Below are positions 1 through 8,140 of a stretch of DNA of 27,535 nt, piece after piece. Below the pieces are notes generated by a model. That model worked only from the letters and a program-made list of their open reading frames with translations, was not told the origin of the DNA and searched no databases. This DNA comes from a virus (Duplodnaviria; Caudoviricetes): the IMG/VR virus record IMGVR_UViG_3300033076_000337, positions 1 to 27,535 of that record; one strand, given 5' to 3'. The position numbers and the translations under genes were made by a program. Numbering within the stretch: the stretch's first letter is position 1; every line of letters starts with the position of its first letter.

Positions 1-68
1 TCGCCCCATGACACAAACCTAAACGCATGACTGTAACCTTCTTTGAATAACTTGTGTCGGTTATCCAA
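1..68 (-). CDS. possible 5' end of a gene running off the left edge (TTG start, MDNRHKLFKEGYSHAFRFVSWG...)
   Basis: Open frame from TTG at 68 to the window edge, overlapping the HNH gene stop like other coupled genes here. Only 22 codons are visible. Confidence 0.3.
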   Translation of the reverse strand, partial: MDNRHKLFKEGYSHAFRFVSWG

Positions 69-546
69 CTTCACCAGTTTCATCTTTGATTTCATTTTGC
101 TTCTTACTACCTAGGTAGTCCTTATTCTTCATAGTCTTAATTCTATGGCATCTGCAACATCTAGTAACAATGTTTTCCTTAGAGTCTGCACCGCCATCGC
201 TTTTTAAATGTTGATGGTCGCCTTCAAGTGTGGCCCGCATACATGCAAGTTTATGAAACTCATCTTCGATGTCATCGAACGCAGGATCTTTGCGAGGATC
301 ATATCCGCAGTCTTCGCAAACCCAATCACGATAGAATGTATGAGGACGATCCGCCTTGCCTAATCCACCGTATTCGGTAAGCATCAATTGATGATCACGG
401 CAGTAGCTATCACTACCTGGCCCTTCAAAGATAGTTAAAGATTCACAGCAGTCTGCCAGCTTACAAATAGGTTTATACTTGTATTGCTCATGAAGAACAC
501 CGCCACTCTTCAACTTATCTTTGTCGGGGTTACGTAGTTTAGCCAT
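61..546 (-). CDS. HNH endonuclease-family protein with extra Cys/His zinc-binding motifs
   Basis: CEDC ... DH-x5-GG-x5-N-x4-CCRCH-x2-KT is an HNH signature. Start placed at ATG 546 (TAATG overlap with the upstream stop). Confidence 0.75.
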   Translation of the reverse strand: MAKLRNPDKDKLKSGGVLHEQYKYKPICKLADCCESLTIFEGPGSDSYCRDHQLMLTEYGGLGKADRPHTFYRDWVCEDCGYDPRKDPAFDDIEDEFHKLACMRATLEGDHQHLKSDGGADSKENIVTRCCRCHRIKTMKNKDYLGSKKQNEIKDETGEVG

Positions 547-1700
547 TACCACAGATCCTTTTTAGCAGGAACAAACGAGCTATCAAAAGTAGGCAACTTG
601 AGTTTAGTTGACTTCTTAAGTTGTGCAAGCAAGAACGGACCACCACAGCTAAATTCCTTAGAGAACCCGCGAATTTTAATGTCGCCAGTCTTAGGATCAA
701 TGTCCCCGTCAGGATTAGACTTGATGTACCAGTTTTCGTATGCTTGTGATACCTTGTCCCAGAATGCTCCTTTTGCGTTCCAATCACACTCGAAATAATC
801 CTTACAGAATTGAGTAAACTCAATAATGTAGTCGTCGTCTACTGTGATGCCTTGTGTGTGGCAATGGTCAAAGAACTCAAACAGTTGCCTTGCTTCCTTA
901 GCATCCACAGCACGTTCTTGACCTGTAAGTGCTTTCATAGCAATCCAATAGTCACAGAACATGCGAGTAACTTCTACATGCTTGAGAGTCTTGTCGCTCT
1001 TGCTACAAATAGTATCTGCCAGCAAAGTAAACGCACCATCTTCTTCATGGTCGCCAAACTTCTTGTCAGTTGCAAACAAGCCAGCACGTTCGAAATGAGC
1101 TTGCTTTTCTGCGGCCTGCACCCAGATAGGGTCATCTGCGCCGTCAATAAGCACGCCACAAATCATTTGTCGCCACAAGTCAATAAAGTCCAACATGCTC
1201 TTCGCTTCGCCGTTAAGCAAAATGAAGTTACGACGGATTTCTGCTTTTTGTTTAACACTATAAACAACAACAGGAACCATCAACTCTGCAACTCGTTGCC
1301 CGAAAACTTTTGTTGCTAGGATGTACAAACTGATAGCAGTATGTTGCCCGTCCCATGCAATATAATAACCGGGCTTCTCTGGATCTTCATATACTTGAAT
1401 GGCCATAACCATGGTTTCCTTAAACGAGTTAAGGATATTCAAGATGTGCAAAAAGTTCACAGCTCGTTGCATTGTGGTGTCGATAAGGATCTTATCCATG
1501 GGCACCATAATAGCCTTACACAATGCCATGTCTTCAAACTTGGCCCACTTCTTAAAGCGGCGTTTAAATTCACTAACCATTGCAGTAAGTGCAAACTCGT
1601 TAGAGCCTTGCAGACTTTCTTGCAGACGTTCTCGCAAAGACACAAAGTGACTTTCACTGTGTCGATATTCTGCGTTTGCTTTTGTTGCGTACTCGCTCAT
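546..1700 (-). CDS. ParB/Srx-like (DGQH-motif) N-terminal domain protein, 384 aa
   Basis: 'ILIDTTMQR' and 'YYIAWDGQHT' resemble the ParB-N/DGQHR core. SD AAGGA upstream. Confidence 0.6.
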   Translation of the reverse strand: MSEYATKANAEYRHSESHFVSLRERLQESLQGSNEFALTAMVSEFKRRFKKWAKFEDMALCKAIMVPMDKILIDTTMQRAVNFLHILNILNSFKETMVMAIQVYEDPEKPGYYIAWDGQHTAISLYILATKVFGQRVAELMVPVVVYSVKQKAEIRRNFILLNGEAKSMLDFIDLWRQMICGVLIDGADDPIWVQAAEKQAHFERAGLFATDKKFGDHEEDGAFTLLADTICSKSDKTLKHVEVTRMFCDYWIAMKALTGQERAVDAKEARQLFEFFDHCHTQGITVDDDYIIEFTQFCKDYFECDWNAKGAFWDKVSQAYENWYIKSNPDGDIDPKTGDIKIRGFSKEFSCGGPFLLAQLKKSTKLKLPTFDSSFVPAKKDLW

Positions 1701-1709
1701 AATATTCCT

Positions 1710-2222
1710 TTAACCCAACATCAATGTAACCAATTTCTTTTCAGCAGGCAGTTTGTCATCTGCGTCTTCTGCTTCTGCGGCATCTTCTTCCGCAATAGCA
1801 TCAGCAAGAGTTTGCCAGCCTTTTTGATATGCGTTAACATACCAAACACCATCCTTCATGATGTAGTAATACTCACACCAAGGATACTTGTCAAACATTT
1901 CCTTGTCGCTGAAGCATACTTTAAACTCAGTGCCTTCTTCCTCGCGGTCACGCCCGTAGAACGAACACATGTCACCATACTTGTCACTATGTGACTTATA
2001 TTCAGGTGTACCGTATTTGTTAGGATTGTCAAACGGGTGCTTCTCGCCCAAGTCCTTGCCTAACGAGCTAAGGTCACCCAAGGCCACAAGCATATTAGCC
2101 TTAGGCGAATCATAATGCTCAAGCAGGATTCGACCATTGTGGTCCAGATAACCATCCCAATGGCAGTAAACAGTTTTAGCCTTGTCGCCGTGCATGACGC
2201 CGATAACAGAACGTGTGCCCAT
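1710..2222 (-). CDS. conserved phage hypothetical protein (MGTRS...YCHWDGY type)
   Basis: 170-aa ORF with SD AAGGA. The YCHWDGY motif is one I recognise from phage hypothetical proteins. Acidic C-terminus. Confidence 0.8.
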   Translation of the reverse strand: MGTRSVIGVMHGDKAKTVYCHWDGYLDHNGRILLEHYDSPKANMLVALGDLSSLGKDLGEKHPFDNPNKYGTPEYKSHSDKYGDMCSFYGRDREEEGTEFKVCFSDKEMFDKYPWCEYYYIMKDGVWYVNAYQKGWQTLADAIAEEDAAEAEDADDKLPAEKKLVTLMLG

Positions 2223-2247
2223 GTGTATTCCTTAAATGAAAGATTGT

Positions 2248-2451
2248 TTATGCAATGAAGTCGTAGGCAAATTCGTCGCCAACTTTGCTGGGCTTAACTT
2301 TGAAGTCGTAGTCCTTGCAAAGCATAGAAAACACGCGACGAGCTTCGCTTTCGCGGGCAGTAACAAAAAGGGTACCATAAGCAAAGTATGCTTGGTTATC
2401 TGTTTTAAGAACTTTGGCAACCTTGTCAAGAACAACAGCTTCGAAACCCAT
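2248..2451 (-). CDS. small hypothetical early protein (67 aa, MGFEAVVLDK...)
   Basis: AAGGAG SD precedes ATG 2451, just downstream of a consensus promoter. The ORF-track start at 2553 would run through that promoter. Confidence 0.75.
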   Translation of the reverse strand: MGFEAVVLDKVAKVLKTDNQAYFAYGTLFVTARESEARRVFSMLCKDYDFKVKPSKVGDEFAYDFIA

Positions 2452-2481
2452 TTTGAACTCCTTTTGCGTTACAATACAAGT

Positions 2482-2510
2482 ATTATACAATAAATTGGAT
2501 TTATTGTCAA
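2482..2510 (-). promoter_or_regulatory. perfect sigma70 promoter TTGACA-17-TATAAT with an internal 9-bp inverted repeat
   Basis: Minus strand TTGACA ataaatccaatttattg TATAAT. ACAATAAAT-N3-ATTTATTGT palindrome at 2487-2507. Confidence 0.9.
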
Positions 2511-2641
2511 ACTTTGGATACTTCTTGCAGAACTTGTTGCGAAAACACAACACCGCCGTATGCTTGTTGATACGTGTCTGCCAATGCTTGGATGTAGAAT
2601 GTGTAAACTTTGCCCGTTTTCGTAATCAGCGTATACTGCAT
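2507..2641 (-). CDS. 44-aa small protein not in the ORF track (MQYTLITKTGKVYTFYIQALADTYQQAYGGVVFSQQVLQEVSKV)
   Basis: ATG at 2641 with AGGA SD, directly downstream of the 2672-2700 promoter. TGA overlaps the -35 of the next promoter. Confidence 0.75.
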   Translation of the reverse strand: MQYTLITKTGKVYTFYIQALADTYQQAYGGVVFSQQVLQEVSKV

Positions 2642-2671
2642 TCCGTGTCCTATCTTGCTTGCGATAGAACA

Positions 2672-2700
2672 ATTATACAATAAATTGGATTTCGAGTCAA
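2672..2700 (-). promoter_or_regulatory. sigma70 promoter TTGACT-17-TATAAT
   Basis: Minus strand TTGACT cgaaatccaatttattg TATAAT, intergenic. Confidence 0.85.
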
Positions 2701-2723
2701 CCGAAAAAAGTAGTACTAGAGTA

Positions 2724-3128
2724 TTACACTATATACACTTGTTCTAAATATACTCGTAATAGATTATCTGGCATGGCATTTTCATTCTTCCATGCAAGTC
2801 TGCTTTTCATACTGGTAAACCAATTCATACTAACTTGATGTACGGAATCTAATTTACGATTATAAAAGTAATCATTAACCCAACCTTCGCCGGGTCTAAT
2901 TACTTCGGGCAGTTCTTCTCGCTTTAGATTATATTCATTATAAAGAATATCGGTACTATTAGTGCCCACACTTGCACCACAAAACTTACCGATTAATGCA
3001 AGACAAGTTCTCGGAGTCATTACAATGTCGTGCCACACTATCCAATTATCATTTACTCTGGCAGGACGTTTAGATAATGAGCTGATTAATTTTGCTTGAT
3101 TAAATTCATCAATATGTGGCGCTGTCAT
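2724..3128 (-). CDS. hypothetical protein, 134 aa
   Basis: Fills the gap and overlaps the upstream gene end by 20 nt. Looks more AT-rich than its neighbours. No motif recognised. Confidence 0.7.
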   Translation of the reverse strand: MTAPHIDEFNQAKLISSLSKRPARVNDNWIVWHDIVMTPRTCLALIGKFCGASVGTNSTDILYNEYNLKREELPEVIRPGEGWVNDYFYNRKLDSVHQVSMNWFTSMKSRLAWKNENAMPDNLLRVYLEQVYIV

Positions 3129-3777
3129 CTTTAACTTTCCAATCCATGTCAGGTTGATTTAGATAATATTCTACTTCTTCCCGGGGCATAGAATAACCAT
3201 AAATGTTGTATTTGATAAATCGTGTAAGGAATCCATCAGGTGCATAATGTGTGCAACGCAACCTATTATTAATTATGTCTTCTAATGCTCCATCGGCAAA
3301 TGTAAATGTACCTTGTCCGTCAGTGGCAACCTTGCAAACACTAAAATCAAAATCGTCAAATACACTTTCCAATGTAGGATAGAATTTCTTGCGAATTAAT
3401 TGTACTTTGTATTCGCTGATTTTTTGCTCAATGGCATGACTGTTTAATGCTACTTTGAGTTTGTCGATAATGCTAGTGCCTGCATCAAATATATCTGTGA
3501 ACGTACCTTTGTCTCTGTCCCAACTCATGCTGACATTAATAGTAGTGGCATTGTCGGTTACATACGGACTAGATACTCGCATGGCACCGACGCGATTAGA
3601 TGCTTCACTCCATTTACCCACGTCAGTATACCATACGTCAATATCGTTAATGGGACTGCCAAGAAATAAACAACGTGCGGCACCACCTGCAATCCACGCA
3701 CCCCATCCGATGCCAACTGCGTTTAACAACTTTGGTGGTAGGTGTTTTGTTTTGTCTTCAATATAGATAGTTTGCAT
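3109..3777 (-). CDS. nucleotidyltransferase (Pol-beta superfamily; CCA-adding/poly(A) polymerase head-like)
   Basis: 'WIAGGAAR...INDIDVW' and 'FDDFDFSVC' match the GG-x-x-R / DxD / DFT-like motifs. Confidence 0.75.
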   Translation of the reverse strand: MQTIYIEDKTKHLPPKLLNAVGIGWGAWIAGGAARCLFLGSPINDIDVWYTDVGKWSEASNRVGAMRVSSPYVTDNATTINVSMSWDRDKGTFTDIFDAGTSIIDKLKVALNSHAIEQKISEYKVQLIRKKFYPTLESVFDDFDFSVCKVATDGQGTFTFADGALEDIINNRLRCTHYAPDGFLTRFIKYNIYGYSMPREEVEYYLNQPDMDWKVKDDSATY

Positions 3778-3783
3778 AATGCA

Positions 3784-3812
3784 AGTATAGCATTATACAT
3801 CATTCGAGTCAA
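3784..3812 (-). promoter_or_regulatory. sigma70 promoter TTGACT-17-TATACT, probably giving a leaderless mRNA
   Basis: The -10 box ends 6 nt before ATG 3777 and no SD is present. Confidence 0.7.
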
Positions 3813-4152
3813 GTGTAACGCCAACCGTTTGGCCCAGGTGCTCAATGTCGCCGCCATTCAATTTAAGCATAAAGGCATCTTGTTCGCTGAATACCCAAAT
3901 GGCACTACCAGTTATGTAATATGGAAAGGTCATTGCTCTTTCCAAAATAATTAGGTGTTTGTTTTTGATTCTATGTTCTTTGTCTAACTGTATTTTGTAG
4001 CTAGTGAACATTGGTTGGAGCAAAGTAAACCCTTGTTTGGTTAGGCGTGTGCCGTGTCCATTGTTATAGTTGTAAAATACAACCCACGGATTTACTTTGT
4101 CTAATTTGTGGAACTTTTTAATCTCTTCAGTGATGACTTCACTTAGATTCAT
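3793..4152 (-). CDS. phage hypothetical protein, 119 aa
   Basis: Overlaps the upstream gene stop and fits the operon packing. Confidence 0.75.
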   Translation of the reverse strand: MNLSEVITEEIKKFHKLDKVNPWVVFYNYNNGHGTRLTKQGFTLLQPMFTSYKIQLDKEHRIKNKHLIILERAMTFPYYITGSAIWVFSEQDAFMLKLNGGDIEHLGQTVGVTLDSNDV

Positions 4153-4435
4153 CTGATAGCGGCTTACCTTGTGTTAGCTCAAACACTTGGAATTTATCAG
4201 TTTTAAACAGTTTGTTCAGTCTCTCTGCTAAGTTAAATGCATGTCCGCTATTACTAAAGCTGACTTTCTTATACTTAGGCCCAGGGTAGTTTACAAGACT
4301 GTTTAGTGTGCGAAGATTGATTGGACTGCCGTCATAGAATACAGCAAAGATGGCATCTGCTTCTAGGATTTGTTCGCTCTTGTATGTCTTTGGGTTAGTG
4401 TAATCTAACAGTATCTGTGGTTTAGGTCTCGCCAT
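4139..4435 (-). CDS. conserved phage hypothetical protein (MARPKP...YPGPKYKKVSFSNSGHA), 98 aa
   Basis: GAGG SD upstream. Basic protein of a type I recognise from large phage genomes. Confidence 0.8.
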   Translation of the reverse strand: MARPKPQILLDYTNPKTYKSEQILEADAIFAVFYDGSPINLRTLNSLVNYPGPKYKKVSFSNSGHAFNLAERLNKLFKTDKFQVFELTQGKPLSDESK

Positions 4436-4451
4436 CTCAACTTCCTCTTCT

Positions 4452-4467
4452 ATGGATATTTATCCAT
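4452..4467 (-). promoter_or_regulatory. TAAATA late-promoter-like box inside the palindrome ATGGATA-N2-TATCCAT
   Basis: Intergenic. TAAATA (4457-4462) resembles the T4 late -10 element TATAAATA. Confidence 0.5.
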
Positions 4468-4492
4468 TAAAGTAAGTTTTATTGGCTTTAGA

Positions 4493-4696
4493 TTACTTAA
4501 AAGAACCGCCGTCTGTAACTTGTGCTCTAGTAACTACTGGGGGTTTTTCTATTGCTTTTACGCTTAGATTAGTAATTACTGCAAGTAAAGATACAGCATC
4601 GGCGGTGGAAAGACGTATTTCTTTGCTATGTGTGCGTGTGGCAGTCTCGACTATGTCGCTGAGCTTTTTCACTACAGCAAAGTTAATCTCTTTCAT
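4493..4696 (-). CDS. small hypothetical protein, 67 aa
   Basis: Overlaps the upstream stop and fills the gap. Confidence 0.7.
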   Translation of the reverse strand: MKEINFAVVKKLSDIVETATRTHSKEIRLSTADAVSLLAVITNLSVKAIEKPPVVTRAQVTDGGSFK

Positions 4697-5150
4697 TTTT
4701 CTTGCGTTGGATAGCTACCATCATATCTTCCTGTGTCTTAAAAGGACCAATGTAGCTATAACCTTTCAGGGTATTTAGCCTAGGGCAGAAACTGGTAGTC
4801 CAACCATTAGGGAAATGAATGCCATAGTAGCCTGCGGCATGATAGCTTTTAGACTTTTCTGTTTTAGTGAAGATAGGTAAACCGTCTTCTTCACGTTTGT
4901 TGTATAGCTCAGGCCATGCAGTAGGATAGTCTAGAACAAAGTCATTGCTATTCTTAATGCTAACTTCCTGAGCACTGGCGCCTAGACTAATTTCTAGTTC
5001 GTCTTCTAGGATCTTAACGTCAGTGTAACGTTTAAGTCCACCTTTAAAGCTCAGTGTAAAAACATTGTCACCATTGTGAATAGTGCCAATCTTCTGCCCG
5101 CTTTCTTCTAAGATCCAAAACTTACCGGGCATTATAGTTTTAGCTAACAT
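4683..5150 (-). CDS. conserved phage hypothetical protein (...KSYHAAGYY...FCPR...YIGPFKT)
   Basis: ATG at 5150 lies 1 nt after the rnh stop. Alternative start at 5165. Confidence 0.75.
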   Translation of the reverse strand: MLAKTIMPGKFWILEESGQKIGTIHNGDNVFTLSFKGGLKRYTDVKILEDELEISLGASAQEVSIKNSNDFVLDYPTAWPELYNKREEDGLPIFTKTEKSKSYHAAGYYGIHFPNGWTTSFCPRLNTLKGYSYIGPFKTQEDMMVAIQRKKNERD

Positions 5151-5151
5151 A

Positions 5152-6132
5152 TTAGTACTTTGCATTCAAATAACTCACATGGTCGTCTGGCCGTTTGGCA
5201 ATTTCTTGTAAGTCCCATTTACCACAGAAGCGCAAAAACTCTACACCGACCTGCTTCTTAGGTTCCTTTTGCAGATTATCTGCAATAGTCGTATCCAACG
5301 CAAGTTTAATGTCGTCGGGTTGTTGTGTCAAGTCAATGATATGTTTATTTTCTTCATATTTGTCTCTAACACGATGCTCATTTCCTTCATGGTCGGTCCA
5401 ACGCTGAAGCATGAGATTGTTCCAAGAATATCCTTTTTCGTTGCGATCCGCAAACGCTTCTAGTAGGCCTACTTTGTTCTTAGTGCCTTTGGTACGCACG
5501 CCGGGAAAGGCACTGAACACATTGTCTGATGTGTCGCCGCGCATACATTTCTCAAACAGCAACCATTGTGGATCGGGCACAGTCTTGGGCTCCTTGGTCT
5601 TCTTGTCAATGACTGGCTTACCCTTGTCATCGAAGATACCATTAATAGTAATTGTCTCTTTGGTAATACCGTTGTACTGCTTTACGTTTGGCGACAGCAA
5701 TTGGTAAAAGTCACTGTCGCTAGAAACGATTACGTGCTCAGACTCTGGATGTGTTTGGATCCAACGTGCAATAAAGTCGTCTGCTTCGCAACGTTCATGT
5801 CGTAGTGTAGTGCAATTGGTCTTGTTAGTAAGGAACTCTTTGAAGTAGTCAAATGCTTCCCAGAACATCTTATCTTCTTCTGCTTCCTTCTCTGTCAAGG
5901 CTGCACGAGCAGCCGCACGATTGGCCTTGTAAGCAGGGTAAACGTCCTTGCGCCAGCTACGACCTTCGAAACAGAAGATAACGTGCTTGCCCTGGAAGTC
6001 GCGCCACACCTTATTAATACTATTAAACATGATGTGGTAAGCCATGCCTACCTTAGTTTCTGCATCATCACCACGAACAACGTGACGAGCACGGAAGAAC
6101 ATATTGCTAGCGTCTACTAGAATGTAACTCAT
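5152..6132 (-). CDS. rnh: T4 RNase H-like 5'-3' exonuclease / flap nuclease
   Basis: 'ILVDASN', 'WRKDVYPAYKANR', 'EADDFIA', 'SSDSDFYQL', 'GDTSDNV' are the FEN/5'-nuclease acidic motifs. Confidence 0.92.
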   Translation of the reverse strand: MSYILVDASNMFFRARHVVRGDDAETKVGMAYHIMFNSINKVWRDFQGKHVIFCFEGRSWRKDVYPAYKANRAAARAALTEKEAEEDKMFWEAFDYFKEFLTNKTNCTTLRHERCEADDFIARWIQTHPESEHVIVSSDSDFYQLLSPNVKQYNGITKETITINGIFDDKGKPVIDKKTKEPKTVPDPQWLLFEKCMRGDTSDNVFSAFPGVRTKGTKNKVGLLEAFADRNEKGYSWNNLMLQRWTDHEGNEHRVRDKYEENKHIIDLTQQPDDIKLALDTTIADNLQKEPKKQVGVEFLRFCGKWDLQEIAKRPDDHVSYLNAKY

Positions 6133-6134
6133 TT

Positions 6135-6461
6135 TTAACCTTTACGTTTTTGCAGAACATCTGCGTCAGCTATAAACTTTTCTTCTTCAATTGTACTACG
6201 TGCAATGCTATTACACAAGTCGTTGAACCATTGATCAACAATTGCATCTGCATTAGCACCTTGATAGCCTGCACGGCTTAACATAGTAACAAAGTGATCA
6301 TTCCAATCTAGTTCAAAGTATCCTTGATTGGGACTCTCTGGATCGACATCCACTTTAACTACTTTAACCCAAGGTTCACCGTTTAGTGTAGCTTGGTCTT
6401 TTTCGCTTTTGGTTTCTTCTTTCTTCTTAAAGAAACGCTTAATCTTGTCAACAAATGCCAT
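6135..6461 (-). CDS. conserved phage hypothetical protein (GYFELDWND...IVDQWF), 108 aa
   Basis: AAGGAGG SD before ATG 6461, with a promoter immediately upstream. Confidence 0.8.
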   Translation of the reverse strand: MAFVDKIKRFFKKKEETKSEKDQATLNGEPWVKVVKVDVDPESPNQGYFELDWNDHFVTMLSRAGYQGANADAIVDQWFNDLCNSIARSTIEEEKFIADADVLQKRKG

Positions 6462-6690
6462 TTTTAATTCCTCCTTGTAATTGTAACATAAGGAACTCAT
6501 TTTTGTCAAGATACTTATATTCGGTTACTGTTGGGTCATACCTAAGTATGTAAGAACCTTCTGCAACAGTTTGAAACCATAACCATTTATTGGTTTTGGC
6601 ACAACGTTTTGGAATCAGTGCAAATGTATAAGTCCAAACGGCTTGTTTCCAAAATGGATCTGGCATATCTGGTCCTTGCTCTACGTTCAT
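6448..6690 (-). CDS. hypothetical protein, 80 aa
   Basis: ATGA overlap with the upstream stop at 6687-6690. Confidence 0.7.
   Translation of the reverse strand: MNVEQGPDMPDPFWKQAVWTYTFALIPKRCAKTNKWLWFQTVAEGSYILRYDPTVTEYKYLDKNEFLMLQLQGGIKNGIC
6480..6509 (-). promoter_or_regulatory. sigma70 promoter TTGACA-18-TACAAT with extended -10 (TGn), inside the upstream CDS
   Basis: Minus strand TTGACA aaaatgagttccttatgt TACAAT, followed by AAGGAGG. Confidence 0.65.
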
Positions 6691-6893
6691 TGTAAGCCCC
6701 ATTTAATTTTAAGCCACACACGTTCGTGAATGTAATAATCAATGCTTAGTAAAATGTGCAATGCAGTTGCAAAGCCAGTGGCACTAGCAATGTCTCCAGT
6801 AAACAGATACGTCCATAAGATAGTAAACAACCATGCAGTAATACGATAAGTGATCATTCTGACCACTGTGCGCTTATGTGTTTCTTGGATCAT
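6687..6893 (-). CDS. DUF2061-like small membrane protein
   Basis: 'ETHKRTVVRMITYR...YYIHERVWLKIKWG' fits the DUF2061 pattern, with two hydrophobic segments. ATGA overlap with queE. Confidence 0.7.
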   Translation of the reverse strand: MIQETHKRTVVRMITYRITAWLFTILWTYLFTGDIASATGFATALHILLSIDYYIHERVWLKIKWGLQ

Positions 6894-7747
6894 TTGCCCC
6901 ATCCATTTCCCCAAAGGTCGACATGTAGACGTGGACTATAGTTGTAGCCTTTGCTACATGCCCAGTCAGCAACTCTAACTCTATTCTGCTCGTAAGGAGC
7001 AACAACACCACCTTGTGGCATTACATACACAGGACCAGCAAAGCCCACAGCGCGATATTGTGCAACAGCACGATCTACTTCTGCAAAGTGTTCTTCTGTT
7101 TCTACAACAAACTTCAAGTAAGTAAAGCCGTAGTCTTGGTATGTACGCACAATCTCTGGACGGATAGCTTCATCCCATGCTTCACCGCTGGCGCTTAGTT
7201 TAGGACTAACACTAAATGTAATTTCGTTACCAGCAATGTCGCCCCAGTCTAACAAGTAGTCGATAAACTTTCCTTGTAGTTGTTGAGTACCGTTTGTTTC
7301 AAAAGTTAAGTTACGTAGATCTGCCATGCGTGGATGCGACAGCAATTCTTCATATGCACGTTGCCAACCTAGCAATGGTTCACCGCCAGTAATAACTAGA
7401 TGTACGTCATTGCCATTGTCTTGTACCCACTTGTTGTTGGGTGTTAGTGCCAACAGCTTGTCTACTAACTCTTCTGTAGTGTATGTTGGGCTAAGTTCCT
7501 TAAATGCAGGATGCCAACTTGCATAACTGTCGCAACCAGTATTAACTAGAGGCAGTTCTTCAAACGTGTTGTACATGTGTACAATCTGTGCAACGTCATC
7601 TGCTTCTGTACTCTTCTCGCCGGGCTTGCAACCAAATCCAGCACAAGTAAAGTTACAGCCGAATGTACGTAAGAATACACTAGGCACACCAACAAAGCGT
7701 CCTTCGCCTTGCAAACTATAAAATTTCTCAGATACCTTGATCTTCAT
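6890..7747 (-). CDS. queE: 7-carboxy-7-deazaguanine synthase (radical SAM)
   Basis: 'EKFYSLQGEG...G.PSVFLRTFGCNFTC', 'GCDS', 'VITGGEP', 'ETNG', 'SVSPK', 'PRLHVDLWG'. Confidence 0.92.
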   Translation of the reverse strand: MKIKVSEKFYSLQGEGRFVGVPSVFLRTFGCNFTCAGFGCKPGEKSTEADDVAQIVHMYNTFEELPLVNTGCDSYASWHPAFKELSPTYTTEELVDKLLALTPNNKWVQDNGNDVHLVITGGEPLLGWQRAYEELLSHPRMADLRNLTFETNGTQQLQGKFIDYLLDWGDIAGNEITFSVSPKLSASGEAWDEAIRPEIVRTYQDYGFTYLKFVVETEEHFAEVDRAVAQYRAVGFAGPVYVMPQGGVVAPYEQNRVRVADWACSKGYNYSPRLHVDLWGNGWGK

Positions 7748-8135
7748 ATTCTTTCCACTTCCATCCTAATTGTTTTAAATCGTTTTCAATCTCTTCTGTA
7801 ACTGTGCCTTCGCTAACACTAGGTCTTGCATTAGGGTCACGAGCTTGCTCGTCTAAGTCATCATCCCCACGCATACCACTACAGTAAAAATCCATGTAAT
7901 CTTCATTGCGGGCACCTAGGCCAGCAACAAAGCCGCCTGCCCAACGCCATGAACACGACCATTCATTGTCGCCTTTGAGCACAGGCAGGAATTCGGTTTC
8001 CTTGTACCATATGATGTTACACAAGGCCGCATAGAGGTTTTGTGCATATCCGTAGTCTTGCCTAATCTTGCTAATTATAGCAGGGCAAACAATAATGTCG
8101 TCACTGAGACTTACAGTTTCTTTGAGGTCGTCCAT
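7728..8135 (-). CDS. conserved phage hypothetical protein (YAQNLYAALCN...WSCSWR...DYMDFYCSG)
   Basis: 135-aa ORF with its own promoter, overlapping the queE start. Confidence 0.8.
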   Translation of the reverse strand: MDDLKETVSLSDDIIVCPAIISKIRQDYGYAQNLYAALCNIIWYKETEFLPVLKGDNEWSCSWRWAGGFVAGLGARNEDYMDFYCSGMRGDDDLDEQARDPNARPSVSEGTVTEEIENDLKQLGWKWKEYEDQGI

Positions 8136-8140
8136 AGCGT

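Larger units (their letters stand above)
2482..2692. repeat. 21-bp direct repeat ATTATACAATAAATTGGATTT (2482-2502 and 2672-2692) forming the cores of two promoters
   Basis: Exact match read from the sequence, 190 bp apart. Confidence 0.9.

Noticed and set aside
61-546. HNH gene as a mobile homing endonuclease
   Set aside because: It does not interrupt a gene, has no intron context and is coupled to its upstream gene. Mobility cannot be supported from this window.
2469-2672. ORF-track 67-aa ORF, and the extended start (2553) of the 2248 ORF
   Set aside because: Both run through promoter elements and lack an SD. The 44-aa ORF (2507-2641) and the ATG 2451 start have SDs.
2482-2700. Mini CRISPR array or att sites from the 21-bp repeat
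   Set aside because: Only two copies 190 bp apart, both explained as promoter cores. No cas or integrase genes are present.
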